DNA of 35,677 nucleotides from a virus (taxonomy: Duplodnaviria > Caudoviricetes). Within the stretch, counting starts at the first letter, position 1; the number at the start of each line of letters is the position of its first letter. The DNA is taken from positions 1-35,677 of the IMG/VR virus record IMGVR_UViG_3300009684_000085, one strand, 5' to 3'. Below, piece after piece: positions 17,723 to 27,247 of the stretch. Both the position numbers and the translations under genes were made by a program. The notes under the pieces were generated by a model that had not been told where the DNA came from, did not search any database, and saw only the letters and a program-made list of their open reading frames with translations.

Positions 17723-19087
17723 TTAGTACCCGAGAATAAATTTGAACTGCTCAATACCATCAGAACTTCTTTGAACCGAGGTTCTATTTTGAATATATGC
17801 CAAATAACCTGAGAATGGCACAAAGTCTGGATTACTTACACCCAACAAAGTTCTAGCAGTTAATGAAGAATTTCCATAAACGGTAGCATCTAGTGTTGGA
17901 GTTCCTTTTATATTTATGAGCTTAACCACATTGGCTGCTGCATCAAAACTTAATACTGTTGCTTTAAAACTTGCATTTAATGGAGAATCTCCTTGATATA
18001 CAATTTCATCAGGAACGTATGAACCGAAACCTGATGCTAAAATCAAGTCTGTGGTTGTTTTATAAATGCTTCCGTTTGCAGGATTGGGAGCGGTCTTTAA
18101 AGAAATTGGATTAATTAAGATGCCAACTTGTCTAAAGTCTATGTCAGTTGGAAGATATCCACTTTCACTACCATTAAATTCGGCAGTTAACATAATGTGT
18201 GAACAACCTAATTCTGATACGTTGTCAAACCCGTGGCCACCAATAGGACTGACTGGAACCTTGAAGGAGGCGCCCGAACCAATGTCGCTAATGACTGATA
18301 CGTTTGCGTATGTATAATTCTTTCCTGTGTTGGTTACAGTAACATCGGTAATAACACCATTAGTGATGGCAAGTGTGCCTGCGGCACCAATACCATCACC
18401 AGTAACTTCCATTGTAATCGTGGCATTTGCTTGGTCGTAACCTGTACCACCATTTACCACATTAATTACGTCAATATTACCATAACCGGCATCATTTTCA
18501 ATAGGATTAGGTATGTTTGAACCTACTGGCACAGGCATCCAAACCGTGTCCATAAATGTCTTTTTGGCACCAATATCGATAGTATACACATATTTCCACT
18601 TGTAACCATCAACGTCTTGAAAAATATTGTTTGTGCCATAGTTTCCTGGTTTAAAGAACGGCTCTTGTGTTGAAGGTGTACCTTTATTATTCCATAAACA
18701 CTTGAAAACTTGGTCAAAACGATTTTTTACATAAAACTCATAAATTAAAAATCCATTTTGGTCAACTTGAAACATATCAATATCATCTCGATAATAATCG
18801 TATACTTGACCTGAAGTCCAATTGATTCTTTGAATAACTGGAGCAATGTTATTTGTTAATACTTTTTTAGCTACAAATATATTAGCATATACAGATTTTA
18901 TGTATTGCTGGTCTTGTGTTGGTTGTGGAGGATCAAACTCATCAGGCCAAGGTTCAACTTTAGACAAAAATACATAAGTCGCATTAATTGGTAGACTGGT
19001 CGAAGGTAGTACCGCAGTTGGGGCATAGTAAGATTGCTCTACTTGACCAACCTTAGAACCATAAGTTAATAGTGATTTATTTGCCAT
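17723..19087 (-). CDS. gp8: Baseplate wedge subunit gp8
   Basis: RINWTSGQVYDYY, FYVKNRFDQVFKCLWN, DGYKWKYVYTI, GGHG, DFRQVGILINP, YIQNRTSVQRSSDGIEQFKFIL. Confidence 0.9.
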   Translation of the reverse strand: MANKSLLTYGSKVGQVEQSYYAPTAVLPSTSLPINATYVFLSKVEPWPDEFDPPQPTQDQQYIKSVYANIFVAKKVLTNNIAPVIQRINWTSGQVYDYYRDDIDMFQVDQNGFLIYEFYVKNRFDQVFKCLWNNKGTPSTQEPFFKPGNYGTNNIFQDVDGYKWKYVYTIDIGAKKTFMDTVWMPVPVGSNIPNPIENDAGYGNIDVINVVNGGTGYDQANATITMEVTGDGIGAAGTLAITNGVITDVTVTNTGKNYTYANVSVISDIGSGASFKVPVSPIGGHGFDNVSELGCSHIMLTAEFNGSESGYLPTDIDFRQVGILINPISLKTAPNPANGSIYKTTTDLILASGFGSYVPDEIVYQGDSPLNASFKATVLSFDAAANVVKLINIKGTPTLDATVYGNSSLTARTLLGVSNPDFVPFSGYLAYIQNRTSVQRSSDGIEQFKFILGY

Positions 19088-19093
19088 AGTATG

Positions 19094-19101
19094 TATTTAT
19101 T
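19094..19101 (-). promoter_or_regulatory. Late promoter box AATAAATA immediately upstream of gp8
   Basis: 7/8 consensus match overlapping the upstream stop; only 6 nt from the ATG. Confidence 0.5.
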
Positions 19102-21040
19102 AGCTGAAGGATATCTTAACGTAGGTGTTTGCTAAATCATTATTAAAACAATAATATTTAACAAAAGCAGTTGCTGTGCCACCTAAATTGAATGTTGTTG
19201 CACCAACAGATGAATTGATTGCAGAACATCCATGAGTAATTGTTCTTGTTGCGCCACCACCAGTATTAGGATTAGTAATAATCACTTCTGCTTCTAACCC
19301 TGCGCCAAATCCTGTTGGAGTAATTGTTAATGCAGCACCAACGGTAGCTCTTACCATCATTTCTGTGGCCATATTAATTGTGATTGCAGTTTGTGTACCA
19401 GTATATGTGTTTGATTTATTAATAATTCCGTTAGCAGCATATATGGTGCTTGCAACATTCAAATTTCCAGCAATAGTTGTATTACCAGAAATATATGTGT
19501 TTGATGATAACAATGATGTATTACCAGAACTGGCATTAATAACTCTAACTGCTGTATTCGTACCAATTGGTGTAGCAAGAATGGTAACCGATGTTCCGTG
19601 TGCTGTATCAGTAAAGTTTTCTAACGCTGTAATATCAATACGAGCATCTGCAGCAGCATTGAATACTGTATTACCATAACCAAAAGATGAATAACGACCA
19701 AGAACGTCACCAGATTGTGTTGGTGTTGGAGTGTTTGCAGCACCTCTTGCGTGACGAGTTAAGTAGTTTGGCACAACAACAGTACCAATCGCATCGAGTG
19801 CTATTCTAGCCGAGGATCCATCTTTACCTGTGACTTGAACAATATAACCAGGACTTGATGGAATTAAAATGGCACCAGAATTTGAAGCAGTAAATGTTGC
19901 TAATGGAGTAAAATCGCCAAGTGAAGTATATGTTGAACGAACAAACTCAGTAATAATATTACCGGTTGTTGTTAAGTCACCATTTAATGTTACTGTTGTA
20001 TTTGCTAGAGCAGCATTAGCCAGAGCCAATGCGGTATTGGCGGTTGAAAGTGCCAAGTTAATGCTCGTATTTTGACCAGCATTAATAACACCAGATTGTG
20101 TTGTATAACCAAACAATGTTACAGAATTAGATTCTAGTTGTTGGATTCTAGTGTTTTGTTCGCCATTAATTACGGTGCTTATATTTTGCCGAGTATTTGT
20201 TGTATTTGCTAAATCAAATGCACCTTGTGCTTTACTGTCAACAAAAGTAATATTGGTGTTCTGTGTTAAGTCTACACCTTGAATAATACTGATGGCAGTA
20301 TTTTGGTTACTATTGATAGTTTCAATAGAATTGATTCTAGTATTCTGCGATGTATTAATACCTTGATTGACGATAGTGTTGCCAGTAGCTGTATTAGCTA
20401 CATCAAAAGCAGATTGTGTGTAATTTGCTGGTGCGGCCGCAACAGATTGAATACTGCCGTCAGCAAAAGTCAGATAAGATTGTGTGTTTAATGTTAAACC
20501 TGTAGACGTTATTTTTGCTACAACATTTGACGCTTGGCCACCACCAGCAATAAACTTTAACTGACCTGATGTAGAAGTTGAACCTATAATCAAATTACCA
20601 TATTTTTGGCCAGAAGTACCTTGAACATACAGATAACCATCGTTAGGCTGAACAGCGTTTCCAATATTATTAAATTCTGAACCAGGTTGATAATTTTTGT
20701 TTGCCCAACCCATGTCAATAAAGTTAGTTGAATCTGAACCACCAGAACCGGTATTCGCAGTTACAACGATATCAGCAGTACCACCATCATTTGTATTAAC
20801 AAGATTGGTTTGAATATAGGAATCACCATCTAGTGCAAATTGCGCAATCGTGTTAGGTAAATTTTGATGGTTTAGACCAACATTTAAAATTTCATGTGAA
20901 TATAAACCTTGAGCTAAAGTATGAGCAGTAAACTTACCTGTTATATTTGTTGGAATATCCACACCCACAAATAAAGAATTTGCGGTATTAGCATTTAATG
21001 ATGTTAATAATGGTAGTTGTGAAATTTTTACTGTTGACAT
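19100..21040 (-). CDS. Fibre-like virion protein between gp7 and gp8, 646 aa
   Basis: MSTVKISQLP start, LTFADGSIQSVA motif, QNT-type coiled-coil repeats shared with 4741..6135, RGxxxxPTxxQSGDVLG module. Confidence 0.7.
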   Translation of the reverse strand: MSTVKISQLPLLTSLNANTANSLFVGVDIPTNITGKFTAHTLAQGLYSHEILNVGLNHQNLPNTIAQFALDGDSYIQTNLVNTNDGGTADIVVTANTGSGGSDSTNFIDMGWANKNYQPGSEFNNIGNAVQPNDGYLYVQGTSGQKYGNLIIGSTSTSGQLKFIAGGGQASNVVAKITSTGLTLNTQSYLTFADGSIQSVAAAPANYTQSAFDVANTATGNTIVNQGINTSQNTRINSIETINSNQNTAISIIQGVDLTQNTNITFVDSKAQGAFDLANTTNTRQNISTVINGEQNTRIQQLESNSVTLFGYTTQSGVINAGQNTSINLALSTANTALALANAALANTTVTLNGDLTTTGNIITEFVRSTYTSLGDFTPLATFTASNSGAILIPSSPGYIVQVTGKDGSSARIALDAIGTVVVPNYLTRHARGAANTPTPTQSGDVLGRYSSFGYGNTVFNAAADARIDITALENFTDTAHGTSVTILATPIGTNTAVRVINASSGNTSLLSSNTYISGNTTIAGNLNVASTIYAANGIINKSNTYTGTQTAITINMATEMMVRATVGAALTITPTGFGAGLEAEVIITNPNTGGGATRTITHGCSAINSSVGATTFNLGGTATAFVKYYCFNNDLANTYVKISFS

Positions 21041-21043
21041 TTG

Positions 21044-23863
21044 TTACCCTAAAAGAATTAATTGGTCATCTTCTGTTGTTATTGTATTTCCAAACTCATC
21101 CGTTATCTCTGGATAGTATTGGGTACCTAGTGGTCCAAAAATTAATACATTTGTTGTTGAGAATACTCTATTTACTGACATCAATGAGGTAGAAGCATTT
21201 GCAAAATTTGAATTTACATAAACAGAACCGGTTACATAATTGATGTTGGTTACTGTTTTACCTGTATTGTTTGCAATTAATACAGTATCACCTATATGTA
21301 GAATATCTTTCAATGGATAAGCAGTATTTGCGTAATTTCCATTGTTTATAATATCATATGAACCCGTCAAGGATGTTATATTTATGACATTACTTCCAGA
21401 ATTGGCTTTAATGTAAGCAACGTTGGCATAAGAAAGCCAAGTATTGTCTTTTAGTATGGCCGTGTTTGATCCGCCAGCGGTTACAGAGATAACATCAGAA
21501 GTAACTATAAATCCATTAACATCAGTCATTACCAGTCTACTGTTGGATGATATAATGTTGGCTAAATTAGCGCCAACCAAAGCATTGAATTTAACAATGT
21601 TATTACTTGTATTGTTAAAGTTAGCTTGCATAGTTACATAAGAACCTGGATCACCAGTATAGAAACCTAAGGTGTGTCCTTGATTTGTAACTGACTCAGT
21701 AGTAAAATTATCTAATCCGTCTGCTCGAATCACAAAACGACCAAGAACTTTTGTTCCTGTTGGATGCAATAAATTTAAAAGAATATCTCTATAATTTGCA
21801 ATTTCTTTTTCTAGTGTAATCTGATAAGTGTAGTTATTATAGTCTTGGCTCTGTAATACATCAAAAGAACTTAATTGTCCTCTTGTACCAATGTATTGAC
21901 CTGCACCAGATACTAATCCATTAACAAATATGGCATTCGCCTTTGCGGTACCATCACCATAAGAAATGACTCCCGTAGAATCAAATCTGGTACTAGTGTT
22001 GTATGAACTATAACGATTAGTTAAATCAATATAAATGTTTTTATTTTTGACTTTTAACTTTTGATTAAAATTAGGAATTGTATTATAATCCAACACTCTT
22101 AAGCGATACATGGAAGCTGCCGTATTGGCCAAAGTATACAAAGGTTCAATTTTTTGAACTTTAGCAAAATAGGTTGCAGATTCTTGAGAGGTGCCTTGAT
22201 AAATGATATCACCTTCTTGTGGTAAACCTGAAATAAACACATTGTTAACACACAAGTCTTGAACTTTGAGTGAAATTGTTGGAACTTTAACGTAATCAGC
22301 ACCAGGATCAGTAACCAAAATTGATGAAATGGATCCTACACGATCAAAAGTTGAACCAAATGTTGCGCCATCACCCAAAATACCAGGAACAGTTAATATG
22401 GCATTAGCAGCTGCCACATTTGATGATATAATTGAAACTGCTGGTACACTAGTTTGTTGGTAGTTTGTTCCACCTAATGGATAAAATTGAAATGCTGAAT
22501 TTGGATTAGTATATGTGTAATCAACAACTATAATTGAACCGTTAGCGTTAACGGAGATAATATTAGCATGAGCACCAACGCCAGATCCACCAGTTAAAAC
22601 AATCGTATCATTTGCACGATATCCACTACCAGCATTTATAATCTGGATTGGCGCTAAAATACCTAGATTTCTAATGTTTCCAATGATGGCAGCATTATCA
22701 GTTGGAAATAATGAAGATGCATCAATCGTTGGTGCATCATCTAATCCTGTACCATTATTGTCCAGTAGAACGGCAGAAAGTGGATACGTTGTGAATGATA
22801 AAAAGTTAAATGCATTGGCCAATGAACAAGTTAAATTGGCTCTGGTATTTGCAACAAAACTGTAATTATTTGCATTTAATTTAATCAAAGATTGATTTTG
22901 AATTGTATCGCTAGGAATAAGAGTTACGTTAGCAGTTTTTCTTGGATCGGGATTTATACTTGAAACATGAGCCACAATACCAGCCGAAGCCGGACTAATG
23001 TTAATGATTGTATTAGGAGAACTTCTATATCCATATCCACCATTAATAACTCTAATGTTTTGTAAAGAACCTTTTGTTGTAGCATAAACAGTTGCAGCTG
23101 CACCATCACCTGCAGGTGAATTTAAACCACCACTAATTCCTACTGGATCACCTGGTTTATATAATAAACCTCTATTGTTAGGATTAACTTCAATACGATT
23201 TACTTGGCCAACGATTTTAGCTCTAAGTGGCTGGCCACCAACTTGAATTTCTTGATTATCAGAATCTAAAATTCTAATAAACTCACCAGATTGAAAATCT
23301 CGTTGAATATTTGAAATATAAATTATGGTCTTTACGCCATCATATACGGTGTTTTCAATTGTTGCTAATGCTTTGGTAGTTTCACCAAACACACTATAAT
23401 TTTTAATATTTAAAAAATTAACATCACTAGAAGCAATATTTAAACTTTTTGAAATATACCATTGGCCATCAGATGCTCTCAATACTGCATCTTTGGTGTA
23501 AAAGAAGTCTACCGGAGAATCATAAAGGACTCGGAACAAAAATTCATATGATGCTGGTGTGCCTTTTGATTTGTAAAGTTCTTTAGCAATCTTAGCAACT
23601 TTAGTTTTATCAGCAAGAATATTTTTTGGAAAATAAGAAAGAAAATCATTATAGAAATAATCAACAAATTCATCCGGAGTCTTATCAATATCTCTATAAT
23701 TTAATAAGTTTTTGGTTCTATCTGTTATTTGTTTTTCTTGTTCAAGCCACTCATAATATGCTTTAAGAAACAATACAAAATTAACGTATTGAGGATCATC
23801 CCGAACAAATTCAGGTAACTGTGATGGTACCAGTAACGATGTTAAGTGATTATTTTCTATCAT
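21044..23863 (-). CDS. gp7: Baseplate wedge initiator gp7
   Basis: QLPEFV...FLKAYYEWLE, YKSKGTPASYEFLFRVLY, LQSQDYNNYTYQI, LLHPTG; overlaps the gp6 stop (ATGA). Confidence 0.85.
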   Translation of the reverse strand: MIENNHLTSLLVPSQLPEFVRDDPQYVNFVLFLKAYYEWLEQEKQITDRTKNLLNYRDIDKTPDEFVDYFYNDFLSYFPKNILADKTKVAKIAKELYKSKGTPASYEFLFRVLYDSPVDFFYTKDAVLRASDGQWYISKSLNIASSDVNFLNIKNYSVFGETTKALATIENTVYDGVKTIIYISNIQRDFQSGEFIRILDSDNQEIQVGGQPLRAKIVGQVNRIEVNPNNRGLLYKPGDPVGISGGLNSPAGDGAAATVYATTKGSLQNIRVINGGYGYRSSPNTIINISPASAGIVAHVSSINPDPRKTANVTLIPSDTIQNQSLIKLNANNYSFVANTRANLTCSLANAFNFLSFTTYPLSAVLLDNNGTGLDDAPTIDASSLFPTDNAAIIGNIRNLGILAPIQIINAGSGYRANDTIVLTGGSGVGAHANIISVNANGSIIVVDYTYTNPNSAFQFYPLGGTNYQQTSVPAVSIISSNVAAANAILTVPGILGDGATFGSTFDRVGSISSILVTDPGADYVKVPTISLKVQDLCVNNVFISGLPQEGDIIYQGTSQESATYFAKVQKIEPLYTLANTAASMYRLRVLDYNTIPNFNQKLKVKNKNIYIDLTNRYSSYNTSTRFDSTGVISYGDGTAKANAIFVNGLVSGAGQYIGTRGQLSSFDVLQSQDYNNYTYQITLEKEIANYRDILLNLLHPTGTKVLGRFVIRADGLDNFTTESVTNQGHTLGFYTGDPGSYVTMQANFNNTSNNIVKFNALVGANLANIISSNSRLVMTDVNGFIVTSDVISVTAGGSNTAILKDNTWLSYANVAYIKANSGSNVINITSLTGSYDIINNGNYANTAYPLKDILHIGDTVLIANNTGKTVTNINYVTGSVYVNSNFANASTSLMSVNRVFSTTNVLIFGPLGTQYYPEITDEFGNTITTEDDQLILLG

Positions 23864-25938
23864 GAACTTTTGGCAGTTACATTAACCACAACAGCGGTGC
23901 TGTCATATGGATCAATTGTTATAATTCTGTTATAATCCGATGAAATAATAGAAGTTGTTGGTTTAACTGAAACGGATAATTCACCTAAAGTATTATTAAC
24001 ATTATATGGATTAAATGATGTCAAAGTAATAATACCGTCACGATAGTCTATTGTTCCAGCGTTTGCGTTTAAAATAATCTTAACATTGGTTGAATCATTG
24101 TAATATGTTCTTAGTGTGCCGTAACGGCCTTTGAGATTAACAACCGCAACGGCATTTTTACCTGTAGTATCACCACTCCTTGGTGTAATAACGGCAATCG
24201 CTTGTGTATAACCTACACCAGCAGTATCAACAACAATACTAGAAACGCTACCATTAACTACCACAGCATGAGCCGTTGCACCAGTGCCGTCACCTCGAAT
24301 CGTAACCGTTGGTACATCTTGATAATTAAAACCAGGATTCAATACAGAGATAGATTCTACACCATCAGTTTGACTTGGAACTTCTTCTAAAAATACACCA
24401 CCAATAACTTCGGTTAAATTAGAACGATTTAGAAATTCCATAGAAGGTACACTAACAACACCACTCGTATACATATTTTTCTCTAAAGAAGAATTATAAT
24501 ATAGTTTATAAGTTGTGCTTGAGGTTAAATTAGGTAAAAACTTCTTTTCCATTCTAATGTCATATTGACTTGTAATGATTGATGAATCATAATTTTGAAT
24601 GGCACTTAATAAATCATATCCATTAAATGTTGAATTAAATGTATTCAAAGTGTTTGTTGCAAAACTTCTAATTGCATCACCTACACCACTTTGAATTTGA
24701 ACTGAAGTTTTTGATGTTTTCTTTGGATCATATAACACATCAACAACCAACTTTAAATAAGTGTAGTCTGGATCAACAATTGTTGGTGACACAGTAACCA
24801 CACTAATTGGTTTAATAACTTCATCAATAATTTTTGATTTTTGTGTATCTGTTAATTTGTAAGCGCCGGCAGGTTTTAATGAAACAAACACTTGGCCATA
24901 AACAGGAGTATCGTTTTGTTCTCCGCCCCACACATTAACCGCATCAAAAGAAATACCTAATTTGTTTCCTTGTAAAGCAACAATATAATCATTTTTATTT
25001 ACGGCACGATTTTGTGCTGCATATGTTTTTGGCGCTTGAAACTTGATTGAATCGATTGTTTCTCTTTCACCACCGTTTGATGCTGATGTGATTGGATACA
25101 CCACAGTATTCGAGTAACCACCAACTGTGTCCATTAATACAAAGTTATTAGCGCCAAACGCATTTAATGCACCCGTAACAAGATAAGAAACTTTTACAAT
25201 ATTTCCATCTGTTAATTTTTTACCAACAATTCCATCACCAAAATAAACTTGATAGTAACCATCAACACTTTCTTGTAAAAAATAAACTTTAGATGTGCCA
25301 GATAAGGCCAAGTAATCTGAAGCAGCAGAATATACTTCAACCAAACCATCTGATGTTGAAGTTTGAACAGTAACAACCAATGTGGTTGTGTCTATATTGT
25401 CTTGGGGTATTTCGAATGTATAAGTCGGATTTGCAGTGGCATTAACAGTAAATGATAATGATGCTGGTAATCCTTGTTTCAATTCAACACTACTGAAATA
25501 TGCTGTATTGTTTGAAACATTAACTGTTTTAGCATCAAAAGTAACAAAGTTATAGTTTACACCATCAATAGCTTCAGATAAGAATGAAGTAAATTTAGGT
25601 AAAGTTAATGATGAATCTGTAACTTGATTGACTTTAAGGTTAATAGTTGCTGCTGGAGCAATAGCAGATTTTGGAGTATAATTTAAAAGTTTGGCATGAG
25701 AAACAACAGAACTTCTTTGTATAGCAGAATCTAAGAACATTTCATTACCAACCATATTCAGATAGAAGGCATTGTATTGTGTATTATATGCAAGAATATC
25801 CAAAAGCGTAGAAAGTGCTGAACCTTCATAATTATAATCTTTAAGTGTGTCTTGTGACTTCAAATATTGCTTTAGATTGGTCTTAATTGTATTAAAATCC
25901 AAATTTGTCATCTGAATATTAGAATTAGCTCCTGCCAT
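23860..25938 (-). CDS. gp6: Baseplate wedge subunit gp6
   Basis: LDFNTIKTNLKQYL, DYNYEGSALSTLLDILAYNT, EMFLDSAIQRSSVVSHAKLLNYTP, FGDGIVGK, AQNRAVNKNDY, GTIDY. Confidence 0.95.
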   Translation of the reverse strand: MAGANSNIQMTNLDFNTIKTNLKQYLKSQDTLKDYNYEGSALSTLLDILAYNTQYNAFYLNMVGNEMFLDSAIQRSSVVSHAKLLNYTPKSAIAPAATINLKVNQVTDSSLTLPKFTSFLSEAIDGVNYNFVTFDAKTVNVSNNTAYFSSVELKQGLPASLSFTVNATANPTYTFEIPQDNIDTTTLVVTVQTSTSDGLVEVYSAASDYLALSGTSKVYFLQESVDGYYQVYFGDGIVGKKLTDGNIVKVSYLVTGALNAFGANNFVLMDTVGGYSNTVVYPITSASNGGERETIDSIKFQAPKTYAAQNRAVNKNDYIVALQGNKLGISFDAVNVWGGEQNDTPVYGQVFVSLKPAGAYKLTDTQKSKIIDEVIKPISVVTVSPTIVDPDYTYLKLVVDVLYDPKKTSKTSVQIQSGVGDAIRSFATNTLNTFNSTFNGYDLLSAIQNYDSSIITSQYDIRMEKKFLPNLTSSTTYKLYYNSSLEKNMYTSGVVSVPSMEFLNRSNLTEVIGGVFLEEVPSQTDGVESISVLNPGFNYQDVPTVTIRGDGTGATAHAVVVNGSVSSIVVDTAGVGYTQAIAVITPRSGDTTGKNAVAVVNLKGRYGTLRTYYNDSTNVKIILNANAGTIDYRDGIITLTSFNPYNVNNTLGELSVSVKPTTSIISSDYNRIITIDPYDSTAVVVNVTAKSS

Positions 25939-25939
25939 T

Positions 25940-26332
25940 TTATCTATTTCTCTCTAAAAGGAGTGTTACTGTGGTTGGTAATGATGCATTTTCTATATAA
26001 AAAGTTAATGTTACATCATAAGCATTTTTGTCTGGATTAGCACTTACGATCACCTCGGTCAAAGTAGCTCTAGGCTCATAGTTTGAAATGGTATTTTCAA
26101 TCTCTCTTTGTAATGCAGATGCTGTAATAGGTGAAACCATTTCAAATAGAATTAAATCTAAATTTGAACCTAATTCTGGATTAAACAATCTTTCGTAGTG
26201 TCGTGTCAACAACAGATTACGAATTGACCTAATTACCGCCTGTGCATCGTAACTAAGTGCAACGTCACCAGCACCAGGTTTCTTGGTAAAGGTGAAATCT
26301 ATATCAGAATATATTTTGTTTACGGTTGCCAT
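25940..26332 (-). CDS. gp25: Baseplate wedge subunit gp25
   Basis: YSDIDFTF, AVIRSIRNLLLT..ERLFNPELGS, ISNYEPR. Confidence 0.95.
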   Translation of the reverse strand: MATVNKIYSDIDFTFTKKPGAGDVALSYDAQAVIRSIRNLLLTRHYERLFNPELGSNLDLILFEMVSPITASALQREIENTISNYEPRATLTEVIVSANPDKNAYDVTLTFYIENASLPTTVTLLLERNR

Positions 26333-26336
26333 TGTT

Positions 26337-26344
26337 TATTTATT
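26337..26344 (-). promoter_or_regulatory. Late promoter box AATAAATA containing the gp5C stop codon
   Basis: 7/8 consensus match, 4 nt upstream of the gp25 ATG. Confidence 0.45.
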
Positions 26345-27239
26345 CAGGTGCCGTGGTAGTACCAGAAGTATCTCCACCACCTTTAACTCCAGTATGAGCG
26401 TGACTGTTATAGATTGCTCTATCTGCTGCCATTGACCTAATAGCATCAGAAACCGTAATTGCCTTGGCAATACCAGTACCACCGTAAGCAGGTAAGGCAT
26501 TCATCGCACCAAAGTTACCTAGTTTAGTCTGCATATAGACAGTAGATATGATTGTACCTGGAATACCAGCAGTTAACGGTACAGGTACACCGGCAGAAAT
26601 TCCACCAGAAGTTACAATAGCACCAGGAAGAACACTCCACGGAATCGGTGACCCAGCACTAATATAACCCGGAGTTACAAAACCAAGTTTAGCATAACTT
26701 TGCATACCCGCAGTGATATTATTTGTAGCGGAAATACTAAGTGTAGATGATATTCCACCACGAACCGCCAAATCAGCATTAATGTATACATTTTGTGCTG
26801 ACATTGTAATATCTTCTTTTGAAGTCAAATCCATGTCGCCAGAAGATGTTACTTTAGTAGTTCCCTTTACTGTTTGTACCAAATTACCTTTAACAAACTG
26901 TGTAGAATTGCCCTCTATGTTCATAATAGAATCTCCCTTAATATTGACCACACAGGCACCACCAACAGTTATATTACATTGACCTTTGATAGAAACATTT
27001 TTACCACCAATAATAATTTCATATCCGTCACCATAGATTTTATGAACTTCTGTACCGTTAGGTTGCATCTCCATGAAAGAACCTGAACGATGTTGAAGCC
27101 TTAGTCGTTCTTTTCCCGGCGTATCGTCCATTTCAACGGAATGACCAGATTCAGATTGTTGTATTTTATTGTATGGATATTTGGGTGGATTACTAGGATC
27201 CACCACAATAGGTTCTGTCCATGAACTATCTGTTGCCAT
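26340..27239 (-). CDS. gp5: Baseplate central spike, gp5 C-terminal part (beta-helix needle)
   Basis: YPYNKIQQSESGHSVEMDDTPGKERLRLQHRSGSFMEM, 8-residue V/I-x-G repeats, terminal HAHTGVKGGG; own SD TAAGGA. Confidence 0.9.
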   Translation of the reverse strand: MATDSSWTEPIVVDPSNPPKYPYNKIQQSESGHSVEMDDTPGKERLRLQHRSGSFMEMQPNGTEVHKIYGDGYEIIIGGKNVSIKGQCNITVGGACVVNIKGDSIMNIEGNSTQFVKGNLVQTVKGTTKVTSSGDMDLTSKEDITMSAQNVYINADLAVRGGISSTLSISATNNITAGMQSYAKLGFVTPGYISAGSPIPWSVLPGAIVTSGGISAGVPVPLTAGIPGTIISTVYMQTKLGNFGAMNALPAYGGTGIAKAITVSDAIRSMAADRAIYNSHAHTGVKGGGDTSGTTTAPE

Positions 27240-27247
27240 AATTTTCC

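Noticed and set aside
17611-17823. 70-aa ORF as listed in the track
   Set aside because: Its 5' half overlaps the conserved gp8 C-terminus out of frame; only the intergenic part is considered, as a possible relic
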